From positions 35,264,001 through 35,328,000 of the forward strand of contig CP068257.2 of assembly GCA_009914755.4 (NCBI GenBank): DNA of 64,000 bases, written 5' to 3'. Each line of letters opens with the position of its first letter. Position 1 is the stretch's first letter. A program made the translations under genes and the position numbers. Of this stretch, positions 46,779-63,499 are shown in pieces. Below the pieces are notes generated by a model, which was given only the letters and a program-made list of their open reading frames with translations, was not told where the DNA came from and ran no database searches. Source of the DNA: the human T2T-CHM13v2.0 reference genome, Homo sapiens.

Positions 46779-48267
46779 TAAACATTAAGAAATGAGGATA
46801 TGTACAACATACACGTACTCATTCCATTCCTTGGGCTCCCAAAGTAAAGCAGAATTCAGTCAGAAATAAGCAGCTGAGAGGAAAGTAGTCCACAGCACAG
46901 ATATCCAAGAAAATCAACAAGGCCAAGTGGAGGGCCCGCAATGGGAAGTGAACATTTCTGAAAATAATTATTTTCCAAAGTTATTATGTAATAAGGGGCT
47001 TAGTAGGGAGTGTCCATGTATGTGTATACAGAGCAAATATTTGCTTTAATCATGTTCAAGCATTTCATTCCCAAAGTTTGTGAAAGGGGAAATCAATACT
47101 CCCTCAATTGATCAATGAACAGGTGAAAAAGTATCACCTCCCACTGCCCCAGGCTGTTTAAAAAACTGGAAGGACAAAAATGTGAAGCATCTGTTGTGTG
47201 CTTGAATATAAGCAGACACATGATACAAAGCCCTGACATGGGTATTTCAGGTTATACTCATCCTAAATACACCAGAAATGCCAAGAGTTCCAAACTTCCA
47301 CTCACAAGAGAATAACCTGGGGCAGGGCCACTCTTCCTATCCACTACTCTGTCCAAGAGTCCGGAGGTCAAGTCCGAAGACCAGCATGATCAGAACTCCG
47401 AGAAAGGGCAGGGAGCTCTGCCAAGGGCAAGGCCAGGCCACCTCACTCCCGGACTTCCCCAGCTGGGAGCCTCAGAGCAGGCACTGGCTAAGGTAGCCAG
47501 CCCCAGCCCTCCATCCCCAGGAAAAGGCGACAGAGAAGGTCTAGGGGACTGGCAGTGCTCTCAGATTTTCTATCTGTCTTCTCCAAGTGAGCCCATCACA
47601 CCCAGATAGCTCATAGCTCTGCTCTCCTCCAAAAACTAAGGGACACAGTGTAACACAAAAGAAAGTGCCTCCTTTTTAAAAAATGTTGGGATGAGAGGTA
47701 TAATTTGTTTGTTTCAAGAGAAAGTAGGTAAGTTTAGTGTTTAAAGTCACCTAGACTATTGGGTGTTTGCAGAAACTACATGGTTATGTCATTCAACTCA
47801 CAAATTTGTCTGTTCAGAGAAGACAACAGAAATAGACAAAATAATTTGTCACAATGACTATGAAACTGATAGTATGGCCAAGCAGGGGGATTAGCAAGAA
47901 CCTACACCTGGAGAATCTGGCGACCTGCCCAAAACCAGGTATCAATCACAGGCAGCAAGTGCAGGCATGGGCCAAGAGAATTCCCGAACACATTCCCAGC
48001 TCCGTGGGCATTTTCCTGTCAGACACGACTCACAGACGTGAAACCCAGAGCGCTGTTGCCACAAGATGGCAGACATTAGCACAAATGTGATTGTTCCAAA
48101 GATTTGCTGAAAGTGGCTCAAATCAAAACAAATGTTTTCAATCCCAAATGAATAAAGTTACAGTCTGAATATACTCTTGACACAGGGACCCTCTTCCCCC
48201 TAACGTGGAAAGGGCCACACCTGCAGACTTAACACCTTTCTAAACTCTACTAGTTGGCCCTCTCTTA

Positions 48268-48899
<632 letters not shown>

Positions 48900-49128
48900 T
48901 AGCTTTGCTCTCCTCTGAAAATTAAGGGACACAGTATAACCCACAAGAGAAAACTTGAACATGAATTTTTCTAATTATCAATAGCATATAAACTCTGAAG
49001 CTGTATATCTGGAAAGTCATGGCCAACAAAAGAACGATTCCAAAGAGCCTACTCAAATTTTGGTTGTCAGGCTGAGAGGCCACGGTGGAAATGACCCTGG
49101 ACAGTCATCATCTCTCTCCAGGTACTGA

Positions 49129-49502
<374 letters not shown>

Positions 49503-49656
49503 CTAGAAAGACAGTTATGCTGAAAACCTAATTGCTAGTGAGTTCAGGGAGGCAAATGGGTCATGCTGGAAACTTCCATTTTGCCTATTAGCCATAACTG
49601 GAAAACAATACCTAGGAAGAGAGCAGCGTTATTCATCATTTTAAGAGCGTTTGCAG

Positions 49657-49974
<318 letters not shown>

Positions 49975-51013
49975 TCAAAACAGCAGGTCCTTGAATAATG
50001 TTGTTTCACTCAAAGTCATTTTGTTATGATGTTGATGAGGGGAAAAAGAAATCACTTCCCAGCCGGGGCCACTGTCTGTGGGTCCGTACGCTCTCCCCAT
50101 GTCTGCACGGGTTTTCTCTGTTTCTCCGTTTTCCCCCCACATCCCCAAGCTGTGCACATTAGGTGAACCGATGCGTCTACATGGTCCTGATCTGAGCAAG
50201 TGTGAGTACGGGTGTGAGTGTGCCCTGTGATGGGAGGGCATCCTGGCCAGGGCTGACTCCCCAACCAGTAGTACCCTGAGCTTCCTGGATGAGCTCCAGC
50301 CACGCGGCCACCCACCATGCTGAACTGAAATAATCAGGTAAATAATTATCTTTGTTTTTATTAATCTTTCTTAAATGTACATATAATTCATATTTATTTC
50401 AGTGTTTCAGTGTTTTGGCCTTTATTTAGAAGTCTGGTGATGTCTTTGTGACCAGAAATACACTATGGGAACTGACTTCTTGTTTATATCAATTAGCCTA
50501 TGGTAACATTGGTTTCATTGTTTGTCATTTCACTTAAGGGTGCAGTTTCCAAGAATCTATCAACAACTTTAAGTGAGGACTTACTGAGGAAGGCATACGA
50601 TTTCTTGGACACCAGAAAGGCCTTTCCTCCCACCCTCCTTCCCCTGATTGAATTTTAAGATTTGGAACTTCACCTAGTTACTTCAGGCTTTGTTGTCTAG
50701 TTAAAATTAAAATATCTCCACCTATCAGCAGCCTTTGTCTGGGTATGAAGGAACTTACTGGAACCTCTAGCTCCCCTGAGATCAGATTTTAAATGAGCAT
50801 TGAAGCCTGGAGGTTGCCAGAACACTGAGTACCCAGAAAAGCAAACTGAGCTCGTCTGCCTTATTTTGTTTCAGCTTTGCCTACTGTATGCAAAGCTTCT
50901 AGCCTGATATTATAGAAGTATTATGAAAATAAAAAGCATAATGCCAGCTTTCAGGCGACTTAGAATCTCTCAATTCCTACCTTAACCAAGCCAAATATAC
51001 TAACCAAATGTTA

Positions 51014-51331
<318 letters not shown>

Positions 51332-51520
51332 TCAGAAAAGGTCTGCAGGGCACCGTCCAACATGGTCCCCAAACCACAGCTGATTGGCTGCAGGCTGGCT
51401 GCTTCCTCCAAGACTGAGGATGCCAATCATGGGACAACAGGTCAGGTGGGCCTGTTTGTAGACAGCCCTGGAGAGGGGAAGAGGCAGAAAAGCAAAACCC
51501 TCTAAAGAATCCATATCCTC

Positions 51521-51793
<273 letters not shown>

Positions 51794-54616
51794 CTAAATG
51801 TGTACCTCTCCTCTCCGGTGGACAAAGCCATGCCAGTATAGACAAAAACAGCATAGCGGCGAGACCCGTTTAATTCACTTGAGCACACGGCTATCCCGGA
51901 GATTAACCCTTACAGGTGGCAGAAATGAAATAAGTCAAGTTCTGTTCCCACTAGAGCCGAAGGGATGAGAGGGGTGCTCGACTGAATGCATGTGGACTCA
52001 CTGGTCAGGGTGAATACACAGAGTAGCCAAGACGCACACGCAGTGAATTGTATGAACTCGTTTTCACATGAGAACGATGCCAGGACGGAAAACAGGATGG
52101 CGCTACAAGCGGGCGGAGTTCCTGGAGACAAGGGGGAAGATGGCCGCTGAAACCCCGAGAACTGCTTGGCTTCACTGTCTTAGGGTTTCAAGATGTAGGT
52201 GCTTCTACAATGGAAACAAGAAAAGAGGCCACCTCTGGTTCTACGCTCCCAATTAGCAGGGAGAAATGGCACACCGGAGTGTGTGGGTGGTAGATTTGTA
52301 CTCCTCGTCCACAGAGGTACTGGACTAGAATCTCATTCTCTGAGTGTAACCCTGTTACCATAATGACAGGTCTATTTCTGTAACTTGGCTTCTTGTAAAA
52401 ATAAGACTTTTTAGTTGGACCGAAAACCGGAACTAAAAAAATGTCTCCAGCCACAAATGCGTGGAGAGGGTGATACTGGCATCCAGTGGGGAGAGACCAG
52501 GGATGCTATTCCGCAGCCGAAAATGCACAAGACTGTTGTTGCCACGAAGAATTCTCTGACCCAAAATGTCAATAGTGCCATGGTTGAGAAACTCTGTCAT
52601 CAAAGGCGACCCACTGCTGCCATGTGCTAAGCTAAACAAGAAAACAAAATCTTTTAAAATCCCTTTTAAAGATTTTCTGTGGACAACTTCATGGCAAATT
52701 CCTGGTCCATTTGACAGTCAAATGTCAGCATTAATCCACAGCCTTAAGTTTTCCCTGCAAACTTGATCAGTACAGCGAGCATACAAACATTTCCTCTCTT
52801 TCTTTATTATTATGAATGGCAAAGGCATCAAATCTGCAGCTTACTTGGCTGGGACACCAGTGCCTAGGGTGCAGCTGTGTTCTGCCCTTGAAATACTTTA
52901 CCTCCTCTTATTGGGTTACATCATTACTAGATTTATTACAAAGGTGAAGACTATGAAATTGAACAGGGAAAGAGGAAACTAACCAGCCTGTGATAATATT
53001 TATTTTTTGATCTCAGTAAGGTATCACAGAGACACAGGCCTGTGGAGAAAACAGTGACCCTGTCACACAGAAGACTGGAAGTCATTTAAAATCAAAAATG
53101 ACATTCTAATCCTCTGAATCTGATTTGTGAAGCTGCATCATATTGCCTTTTTTTTCTAGGGCAATGCACTGCAGTATCAAATTTTATGATAGTAATGGGG
53201 TCAATTTAAATGGTGCAGCAAGCAGATTTGCTATGTAACTCGGAGAAATGGATCACAACAGTGCCAAATCAATTTTCTAGTACAAGTCTGTGCTCAGGGG
53301 TGGTAAAATTCACTCTTCAAAACTGAAATATGGCTCTAGGAAGTCGGGTTTTTAAGTGGATTTTCTGAGAATATGCAGTTACTATAGTTACAATATTTGC
53401 AGAGAAAAAGATAAGAGGAACATTTATTATGCCTCCAAAAGCTAATTCATGTGGCCTGCAGCACTGCAGGAAACCTGCTTGGGCTGTACGTGTTCATCTG
53501 TCCTAATGTCCAAATTCCTTAATTTTAAGCATCTCTGCTTGAGTATTATCTTAAGAACAAGTGAGTCGGCTTTAGAATAGTAAAGAAACAAATATATACT
53601 CTGGAAAAAAATGTTTGGCCAGAAAATTCAAGAAACTTAGCTTCCAGGAGAACTGGAAAAAGACAAGGCATTACAAAATGAAAACAAAACAAAAAAGGAA
53701 ACAATTCTCTATCTCAATAAAAAGATCCCTATAATAAAACAAAATCGATTACACTTATCTTGGGAACTCTTCTGGACAAAATATCTACATCTGCGTAGTT
53801 TTCTCATTAGAGCATCAAATCCTTTAGGGCAAGTGAATGTTCATCTAACTCTAATGAAAACCTTTTCCCCTAAGGATTAAAAGATTTGGAGTCAATGACA
53901 AGGAATTCTGAAATAGTTTATCCGCTACCGTTTGCTTAAACAAACAAAAAGCTAAAAGGAAAAAGAAGATGAGCCAAAGGATCTCCTACGCAAGAAAAAG
54001 AAACTAGCATTTTCCTTTCATCCTCTTTCCATTTTCCCCCTACCTATGTATTAGTACGCCACAAATCTAAGTAGCTTCAATATTCTCTTATTTGAAGTTT
54101 TTCTTTTCAGCACTTGGAAGAGTGACAAAACATAAGAAAGGAATTGGGAACCTGAAGATGTTTTCAACACCAACTACCTTGGCAATCAACTGCAGTATTT
54201 CATCGCAGTGGTCACTGACGTCTAGAATCACTACCCTGATGGTTTCAACTTCCTACCTTAAATAAAGACTCAATTATATTAACCAAGGGGTGCTCTAAGG
54301 CAAGAAAGCAGACCGATGAATTTGAGAAAGATCATTACTAGTAAAGAACAAAACGAGAATTTTCTGACTAAGCCTCAGTTAACCAGCAAGCTCATTTAAC
54401 CCTGACAGCTGCCTTGTTCCTCCCTCACAAGTCTTTTGGTTAATCAGGGTATTCAAGAAAGCCCTGAACTAAACTAAACTTTCTGCTCACTATCAGCAAA
54501 AGCTCCCAGCCAATAGTCAAAAACAGCCCGCAGCACACGAACTCCTGAAACTTTTAAGCGTGTACCTTTAAAAGACATATTCCCTCGCAAAAATACCCAC
54601 AGATACCCAAAGATCA

Positions 54617-55651
<1,035 letters not shown>

Positions 55652-56089
55652 TCAAGAATCTCATCACCCTCTCTGCATTCTGGGACTTACATTCCAGGAC
55701 AGCCTCTGGCACGGCTCCCACCTGCATCCCCCCTCAACTCGGGGGCATCCTTTGGAAACACTAATTGTTCCCACCTGAAGACCCCAAGTGAAATCAGCAG
55801 TTTGCCCAACATCTTTTATACCTATTGGAGAACCTAAGACCCTCTTACGGAATGGTGAAGAAAGTGAGATTCAGAGAGGTGCCTTTGCCTCCTTACTTAC
55901 AGATTCTATTTCTTGGGTGTTATTCTCCTTCACAATAATGAAACTGAGCAATAAAAAGGACACATATCTAGAGTCTACCCCAGCACGCCCCAGTGAAATG
56001 TCACTCTCAAGACATGCCATAGGATCAATGGGAGAAGATTCTTCCCAGTATCTTGTCTCAGGACTGGAACATAAGTTGACAATCACTAA

Positions 56090-56150
56090 TTCAAAAACAT
56101 TTATTGAGCACTTGCTACATGTCGGACATGGTATTAGAGACATGTACGAG
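56090..56150. mobile_element. Short MIR-like (ancient SINE) core fragment in the intron
   Basis: acatttattgagcacttgctacatgtcggacatggtattagagacatg resembles the MIR core catttattgagcacctactatgtgccaggcactgtgctagg. Confidence 0.3.
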
Positions 56151-56715
56151 GTGATTCTGGATATTAAGGGATTTACATAAACTTCCAAAGCTGATAAGGG
56201 ACATTTATTTGCCCATCAGATGAAAGAAGACATTCATAGACATAAAAAGCCTGCTTTTAAGTCTAATTAAGGAAGAACAGTTTGTGTGTTTCCTGAAAAA
56301 CGATTTGTCCCAAGAAATTGTGATACATATATTTTAAGTAAAAAGCGGTTTGATTTAGAACTTCATAGTAACACTAGCTATGCTTCCCACTCAATCAGAA
56401 CTGTAGTCTAGACACTAGTTATACTGTATTAAACTATGTGAAATAAATATTATATGGGTTCTGAATTTGAATGCCACCTCATGAGCAATGCAGTCATGAA
56501 AACTTCTTGTTTAAGAAATTTAATAAGCACTGAAAATGTACCCTGCAGCCCCCCAAAAAAATCTTGACACATGCATGAATTGTATATTATTACAGTAAAA
56601 TCAAACCTGTGGACTGAATTAAACTGAAACCAAGCATAGCCTTTATGTCATACCAGTAAGAGTGCTCAACAGTCCTTAAGCTAATAACTTATAGTGTCCC
56701 ACTATGATAAAAACA

Positions 56716-56995
56716 GGGTCTCACTTTGTCACCCACATGGGAATGCAGTGGCGTGATCATGGCTCACTGTGGCCTCAACCTCCCAGCTCAAGTGATCCTC
56801 CCATCTCAGCCTCCCAAGTAGCCGGGACCACAGGCATGCACCACCACACCCAGCTAATTTTTTTGTTTGTTTGTTTTTTTGGAGATAGGGGTCTATGCTG
56901 CTCAGGCTGGTCTCGAACTCCTGGGCTCCAAGCGATCCTCCTGCCTCGGCCTTCCAAAGTGCTGGGATTACAGGCATGAGCCACTATGCCTGGCC
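56716..56995 (-). mobile_element. Alu, reverse on the window strand (sense relative to HLCS), lacking a poly-A/T tail. Its 5' end lies 28 bp from the ATG-exon splice donor. Flanked by a 9-bp direct repeat ataaaaaca
   Basis: gggtctcactttgtcacccacatgggaatgcagtggcgtgatcatggctcactgtggcctcaacctcccagctcaagtgatcctcccatctcagcctcccaagtagccgggaccacaggcatgcaccaccacacccagctaatttttttgtttgtttgtttttttggagataggggtctatgctgctcaggctggtctcgaactcctgggctccaagcgatcctcctgcctcggccttccaaagtgctgggattacaggcatgagccactatgcctggcc. Confidence 0.88.
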
Positions 56996-57023
56996 AATAA
57001 AAACATTTTCTAAAGTTACTTAC

Positions 57024-57075
57024 ACACAATCTTTTGGGGTACCAGTCCATTATCCATGTGGAGTCTATCTTCCAT
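57024..57075 (-). CDS. HLCS: HLCS translation-start exon, coding part: ATG (Met1) ... Met7 ... Val17 plus the first nucleotide of the Ser18 codon ([18 protein letters not shown])
   Basis: Minus strand: gcgttcATGGAAGATAGACTCCACATGGATAATGGACTGGTACCCCAAAAGATTGTGT|gtaagtaac (donor GT = plus 57022-57023). ATG = plus 57073-57075 read in reverse. The final T joins 'CG' of the next exon (55584-55583) to give Ser18. Confidence 0.85.
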
Positions 57076-57186
57076 GAACGCCACCCCCAGCTTGCTGAAG
57101 TTGTCCACACTTGCTTCAGCAATTAGCCGATAAGGATCCCCAGGTCTGCAAGCTAATGGCAAACAACAGTCTGACCACTTGACAAT
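57076..57186 (-). other. HLCS: 5'UTR portion of the HLCS ATG-containing exon. The proposed acceptor (AG = plus 57187-57188) follows a strong polypyrimidine tract
   Basis: Minus strand: ...tctcaacctgtcttttcccacctcctccctctcctgctttttctcag|ATTGTCAAGTGGTCAGACTGTTGTTTGCCATTAGCTTGCAGACC...GGGGTGGCGTTC-ATG. No upstream in-frame ATG within this exon segment. Other AGs between here and the ATG lack a pyrimidine tract. Confidence 0.6.
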
Positions 57187-57994
57187 CTGAGAAAAAGCAG
57201 GAGAGGGAGGAGGTGGGAAAAGACAGGTTGAGATTTTTCTTCTCTAAAATAACCACATACTTTATTTTTCCCTTGAGGCTCCTACCACTAAATTACAGTC
57301 ATTAATAACAAATTACTGGATATTACATTTTACTAATATCAGAGTTGTTTTGAATTCAGCATTCTCATCTCTACCTGACAACAGTGCTTACGAAACACTA
57401 AATATAACTCTCTCATTTAAAAGTAACTGAAGTCTCCACCTTTTTAAGGAATTAAAAGATAAAGGGACATTCCCCAGACACTGGAAAAACACCATGCTGC
57501 CCTTTAAAAACAGAGAAGAGGAGAGAACAAGAAGTCCACAATACCCAGTTACTTTCAATGTAACCTGTGGACCCGCTTTTCTCAAAGTGTGGTCCGAGAC
57601 CAAGTGCAACTGACCTCCCAGGGAGCACATGAGACCTTCAGAGTCCCGAGCACAACTCCCTCCCTATCTGGTGCACTGGACTTTCTGGAGTTGAAGTCCA
57701 GGAATCAGGATTTAAAACATGCTTCCCCTGGGGTTCCTGCACTCGAACTGTGAGAACAATCCAAAAAGACTCTCCAGACAGTTCCTCCCTGTAAGGAGGT
57801 TCACGTTCCTACCACAAGGGGGACAGGGAGAAAGAGAGCAGGCAAAACACCCGGCTTAGCCTTCCAGTTCTTACTACAGAAGACTGTGACACTGGGGCCT
57901 GGAACACCCATGCTCTCTCTGAGGGTTCCCATGGAGAAGACAGCCTGTGAGGTGAAGAGCCCGGCGCTGCAGTCAGGGGTCTGAGGCCGAGTCA

Positions 57995-58290
<296 letters not shown>

Positions 58291-58544
58291 TCAAAGAGTA
58301 TACGTAATGCCCCCAGTAAAAAGCTTAGATTGACTGGAATAAAGTACTCAATTACCGACAGCTGCTTTTATTAGCTGTCACAAATGTGGCTTTAAAAGCA
58401 GCAGTGAGCAGCACAGTCTTTTTCTAAGATGCCATGAACGATTGCTCTACTTCCTAAAGATACCTTCTCAGGGACACACTGCCCCGAATTTCATAATTAT
58501 AGATAAATAATTTTTTATTCCATTTTTATTTATTTGTATTTATT

Positions 58545-58667
58545 TATTTTTTGAGATGAGTACTCGCTCTATCACCCAGGCTGGTCTTGAACTCCTGGCC
58601 TTGAGTAATTCTCCCGCCTCAGCCTCCCGAGTAGCTGGGACAACAGGCTCGGGCCACCACACTGGGC
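58545..58667 (-). mobile_element. Partial or rearranged Alu fragment (reverse)
   Basis: tttttttgagatgagtactcgctctatcacccaggctggtcttgaactcctggccttgagtaattctcccgcctcagcctcccgagtagctgggacaacaggctcgggccaccacactgggc. Confidence 0.7.
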
Positions 58668-58956
58668 TTGAATTCTATTTTAGATATTGGTGGGCTAGGA
58701 TTTTAGAACTAACTCCTCCTAAAAACTATTTTTTAAATGCTAGATAAAATAAATGAATAAAGCATTACCTTAAAAGTCTGGAAGAACAGACTAGATAATA
58801 GTGAACTTCCAGGCCAAGTGTGGGATAAATCCTGAACCTACAGAGGAAAGGGGTATTCCTGCAAGACACGCCACTTCTGCCCCCAGGGTCCTTGCTCATC
58901 CAAGCAACTTGGGTTTCAAAAGTCATCGTCCAACTGGCATAAGCATAGACATATAG

Positions 58957-59628
<672 letters not shown>

Positions 59629-59786
59629 ATAGACCAAGAGAACAGAGCTGACAGTATAGAAATAAACAGATTCATGGACAACTGAATTTGGACAAGGGTG
59701 CCAAGACAACTCAATAAGGAAATAATAGTCTTTTCAACGAATGGTACTGGTACAACTACATACTGACGTGTAAAAGAATGAACATA

Positions 59787-60368
<582 letters not shown>

Positions 60369-60479
60369 AAAAACCTATTAAACTTTAAAAGACTCAGATT
60401 TGCATTAAATTGATACAGAAAAAGAAAAAAACCACAGATAGAGAAGCGTTAAAGACCTCTTTTAGAAAAAGGAGAAACT

Positions 60480-60608
60480 GGCCAGGCTCGGAGGCTCACG
60501 CCTGCAATCCCACCCGAGAGGTGGAGGTTGTGGTGAGCTGAGATTGCGCCATTGCAGTCCAGCCTGGGCGACAGAGCAAGACTCCGTCTCAAAAAAAAAA
60601 AAAAAAAA
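60480..60608 (+). mobile_element. Internally deleted Alu (~150 nt missing) with 29-nt poly-A
   Basis: ggccaggctcggaggctcacgcctgcaatccc|acccgagaggtggaggttgtggtgagctgagattgcgccattgcagtccagcctgggcgacagagcaagactccgtctc(a)29. Confidence 0.85.
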
Positions 60609-60970
60609 GAATGAGGATAAACCTCTTCCTCACATCATGCAAACCACGTACAAAAATTAACTCAAACTGGATCAAAGACCTCAATATAAGAGCTAAAACT
60701 ACAAAATTCAGAGAAGAAAAACACAGGCATAAATTGTCATGACTTTTGATCAACCAATGACTTCTTAGATAAGACACCAAAAACAGAAGCAACAAAAGAA
60801 GAAATAGATAAATTGAACTTCATCAAACATTCTTGTGCTTCAAAAGATATCAAGAAAATGCAAAGACAACACAGAAAAATAGGAGAAAGTATTGGCAAAT
60901 CATATAAGAACTCCTACAACTCAACAATAAAAAGACAATCCAATTTAAAAATGGGCAAAGGATGTAAGGC

Positions 60971-61134
60971 ACCCGGCAAAGGCACCTGTAGTCCCAGCTA
61001 CTAGGGAGGCTGAGGCAGGAGAATGGCGTGAACCCCGGAGGCAGAGCTTGCAGTGAGCCAAGATTGCACCACTGCACGCCAGCCTGGGCGACAGAGCGAG
61101 ACTCCATCTTAAAAAAAAAAAGAAAGAAAAGAAA
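60971..61134 (+). mobile_element. Partial Alu (right monomer) nested in L1
   Basis: cacccggcaaaggcacctgtagtcccagctactagggaggctgaggcaggagaatggcgtgaaccccggaggcagagcttgcagtgagccaagattgcaccactgcacgccagcctgggcgacagagcgagactccatcttaaaaaaaaaaagaaagaaaagaaaa. Confidence 0.85.
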
Positions 61135-61718
61135 ATATACAAACGCCCAATAAGCACAAGAAACACTGCTCAACATCAGTCACGAAGGAAATGCATCTCA
61201 AAACCACAGTGAGACACAAAGTCATACCCACTAGGATGGCTGGAATCAAAAAAGATACCAACAAGGACAAGGAAAAACTGGAACTCTAATACACTGCTGG
61301 TAGAAATTAAGGTGCTGCAGCTGCCTTGGAAGACTTTGGGAGTTCCTCAAAGAGTTAAACATAGAGTTACCATATGATCTAGTAATTCTACTCCCCAGTA
61401 TATACCTAAGATAACTGGACCTGAACATACGAACACATCTAGATGAGGCTCAGAGGATCTTCCCAAAGGCAAGCCCCAGAGGCCTTCACAAAAGAAACAA
61501 ACTACGTTCACTGAGAAACAACTGGAAGATCTGAACTTGTTCAATAAGAACGTATACCCAAACCCCAGCCTTCAGAAAGATATGGTCTCCAAAATGGAAA
61601 TAGATCCAAAAGTACTGTAGGTTTGGCTCAAAAACCTTGGAGCAAAACTCAAGAAAGCCAAATGCAAGCATATTTGGCAAAAACAAGAAGCTCAACAACA
61701 GCAAATATCTGAGAATGA

Positions 61719-62061
<343 letters not shown>

Positions 62062-63020
62062 CTACCCACATCCCCAAATGAGGCCCATCCTAGAGTTTAC
62101 ACAGATCATCAGGCACCCTCATTCCAACTAAACTTAGGCCCCAGTGGTAGGGACCCTATAGACCACCCCAGTGGCCCCAAAATAGTTCATTTTGGCTGCT
62201 GCCAAGATCTGAACATATACTGCTTCTAGACACTTCAGAATCCCAAGTTCATTCTCCAAGCTTCCATTTTAATTCTTTTGGTTCCTCATCTCTACAAAAT
62301 AGAGACATCAGACACAAAAGGTCACATATTGTAATGGTTTATGATGATTCTCATACAAAAGAATACTTTTCAGCAGGAAGAAACAAACTTGAGATATGCA
62401 CAACATGGATGGATTTCAAAAACATTATGTTGAGTGGAGAAAAAAGATGCCAAAGGATACATGCTGTATAATTCCATTTCTATGAATTCCTAGAACAGGA
62501 GAAACTAATTTACCATGTCAAAAAGATTCGTGGCCCAAGTAGAAAGAATTGAATAGAAAGAGGCGCAAGACAAATGCATTGGGGTGATGGTAATGTTTCA
62601 TGTCTTAATGACCTAGGCAGTTACCTAGGTGTATAAATTCATCAAAACACACAGAACTGTGCATCTAAAATCTGTGCATTTTATTTTATATAAATTATAC
62701 CTCAATTAAAAATTAATATACAACAAAACTAGTAAGGACAATTTCTTTATTTTTTTTCCTGCTTCTTTGTTTTGATTTTGGTTTTGGTTTTTTAATTGTT
62801 GTTGTTGTTCCATTTGTTCAGCTAATGAGATTTAGTCAGCATCACTAAGTGGACAGTTGGCTTATGTTTCTAAATCCTGTTTTTGGGTCACCTCCCTCCA
62901 TCATCATACTTGAATGACCTCGTCAAGCTCCCTTCATTCATTTTGGCTCTCCCCAAGACGTTCTTCACGTAGTCACCAGGGTAATGTTATTATTCCTTTA
63001 AAAATGTTGCACTATTCCTT

Positions 63021-63309
63021 GGCCTGGCACGGTGGCTCACGCCTGTAATCCTAACACTTTGGGAGGCTGAGGCGGGTGGATCACGAGGTCAGGAGATCGA
63101 GACCATCCTAGTTAACGGTGAAACCCTGTCTCTACTAAAAATACAAAAAATTAGCCAGGCATGGTGACAGGCGCCTGTAGTCCCAACTACTCAGGAGGCT
63201 GAGGCAGGAGAATGGCGTGAACCCAGGAAGCGGAGCTTGCAGTGAGCCAAGATCACACCACTGCACTCCAGCCTGGGCAACAGAGCGAGACTCTATCTCA
63301 AAAAAATAA
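63021..63309 (+). mobile_element. AluY-like with perfect ~18-bp target-site duplication aaatgttgcactattcct
   Basis: ggcctggcacggtggctcacgcctgtaatcctaacactttgggaggctgaggcgggtggatcacgaggtcaggagatcgagaccatcctagttaacggtgaaaccctgtctctactaaaaatacaaaaaattagccaggcatggtgacaggcgcctgtagtccc...; TSD at 63002-63019 and 63310-63327. Confidence 0.92.
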
Positions 63310-63499
63310 AAATGTTGCACTATTCCTCTGCTTAAAATCCTTCCATGAATAAGTTCTGAAGATCTACTGTACGTCATGGTGACTACAGGTTTTTTTTTGG
63401 TTTTTTTTTGTCTCAAAGAAAAAACCACATCATATGTTGTACCCCATAAATATATACAACTAAAAAAATACTTTCATGGCCATTTTTCATCATTCAGGA

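Noticed and set aside
50040-50330. GC-rich stretch ending in ..ccacccaccATGctgaactgaaataatcag|gtaaat, superficially like a first exon with a donor
   Set aside because: The ATG is followed by a stop after three codons. No supporting promoter or CpG island. Likely chance.
55840-55900. Possible second MIR fragment (gaagaaagtgagattcagagaggtgcctttgcc versus the MIR tgaggaaactgaggctcagagagg)
   Set aside because: The match is short, and the order and orientation are not collinear with the MIR-like core at 56090-56150. Too weak to annotate.
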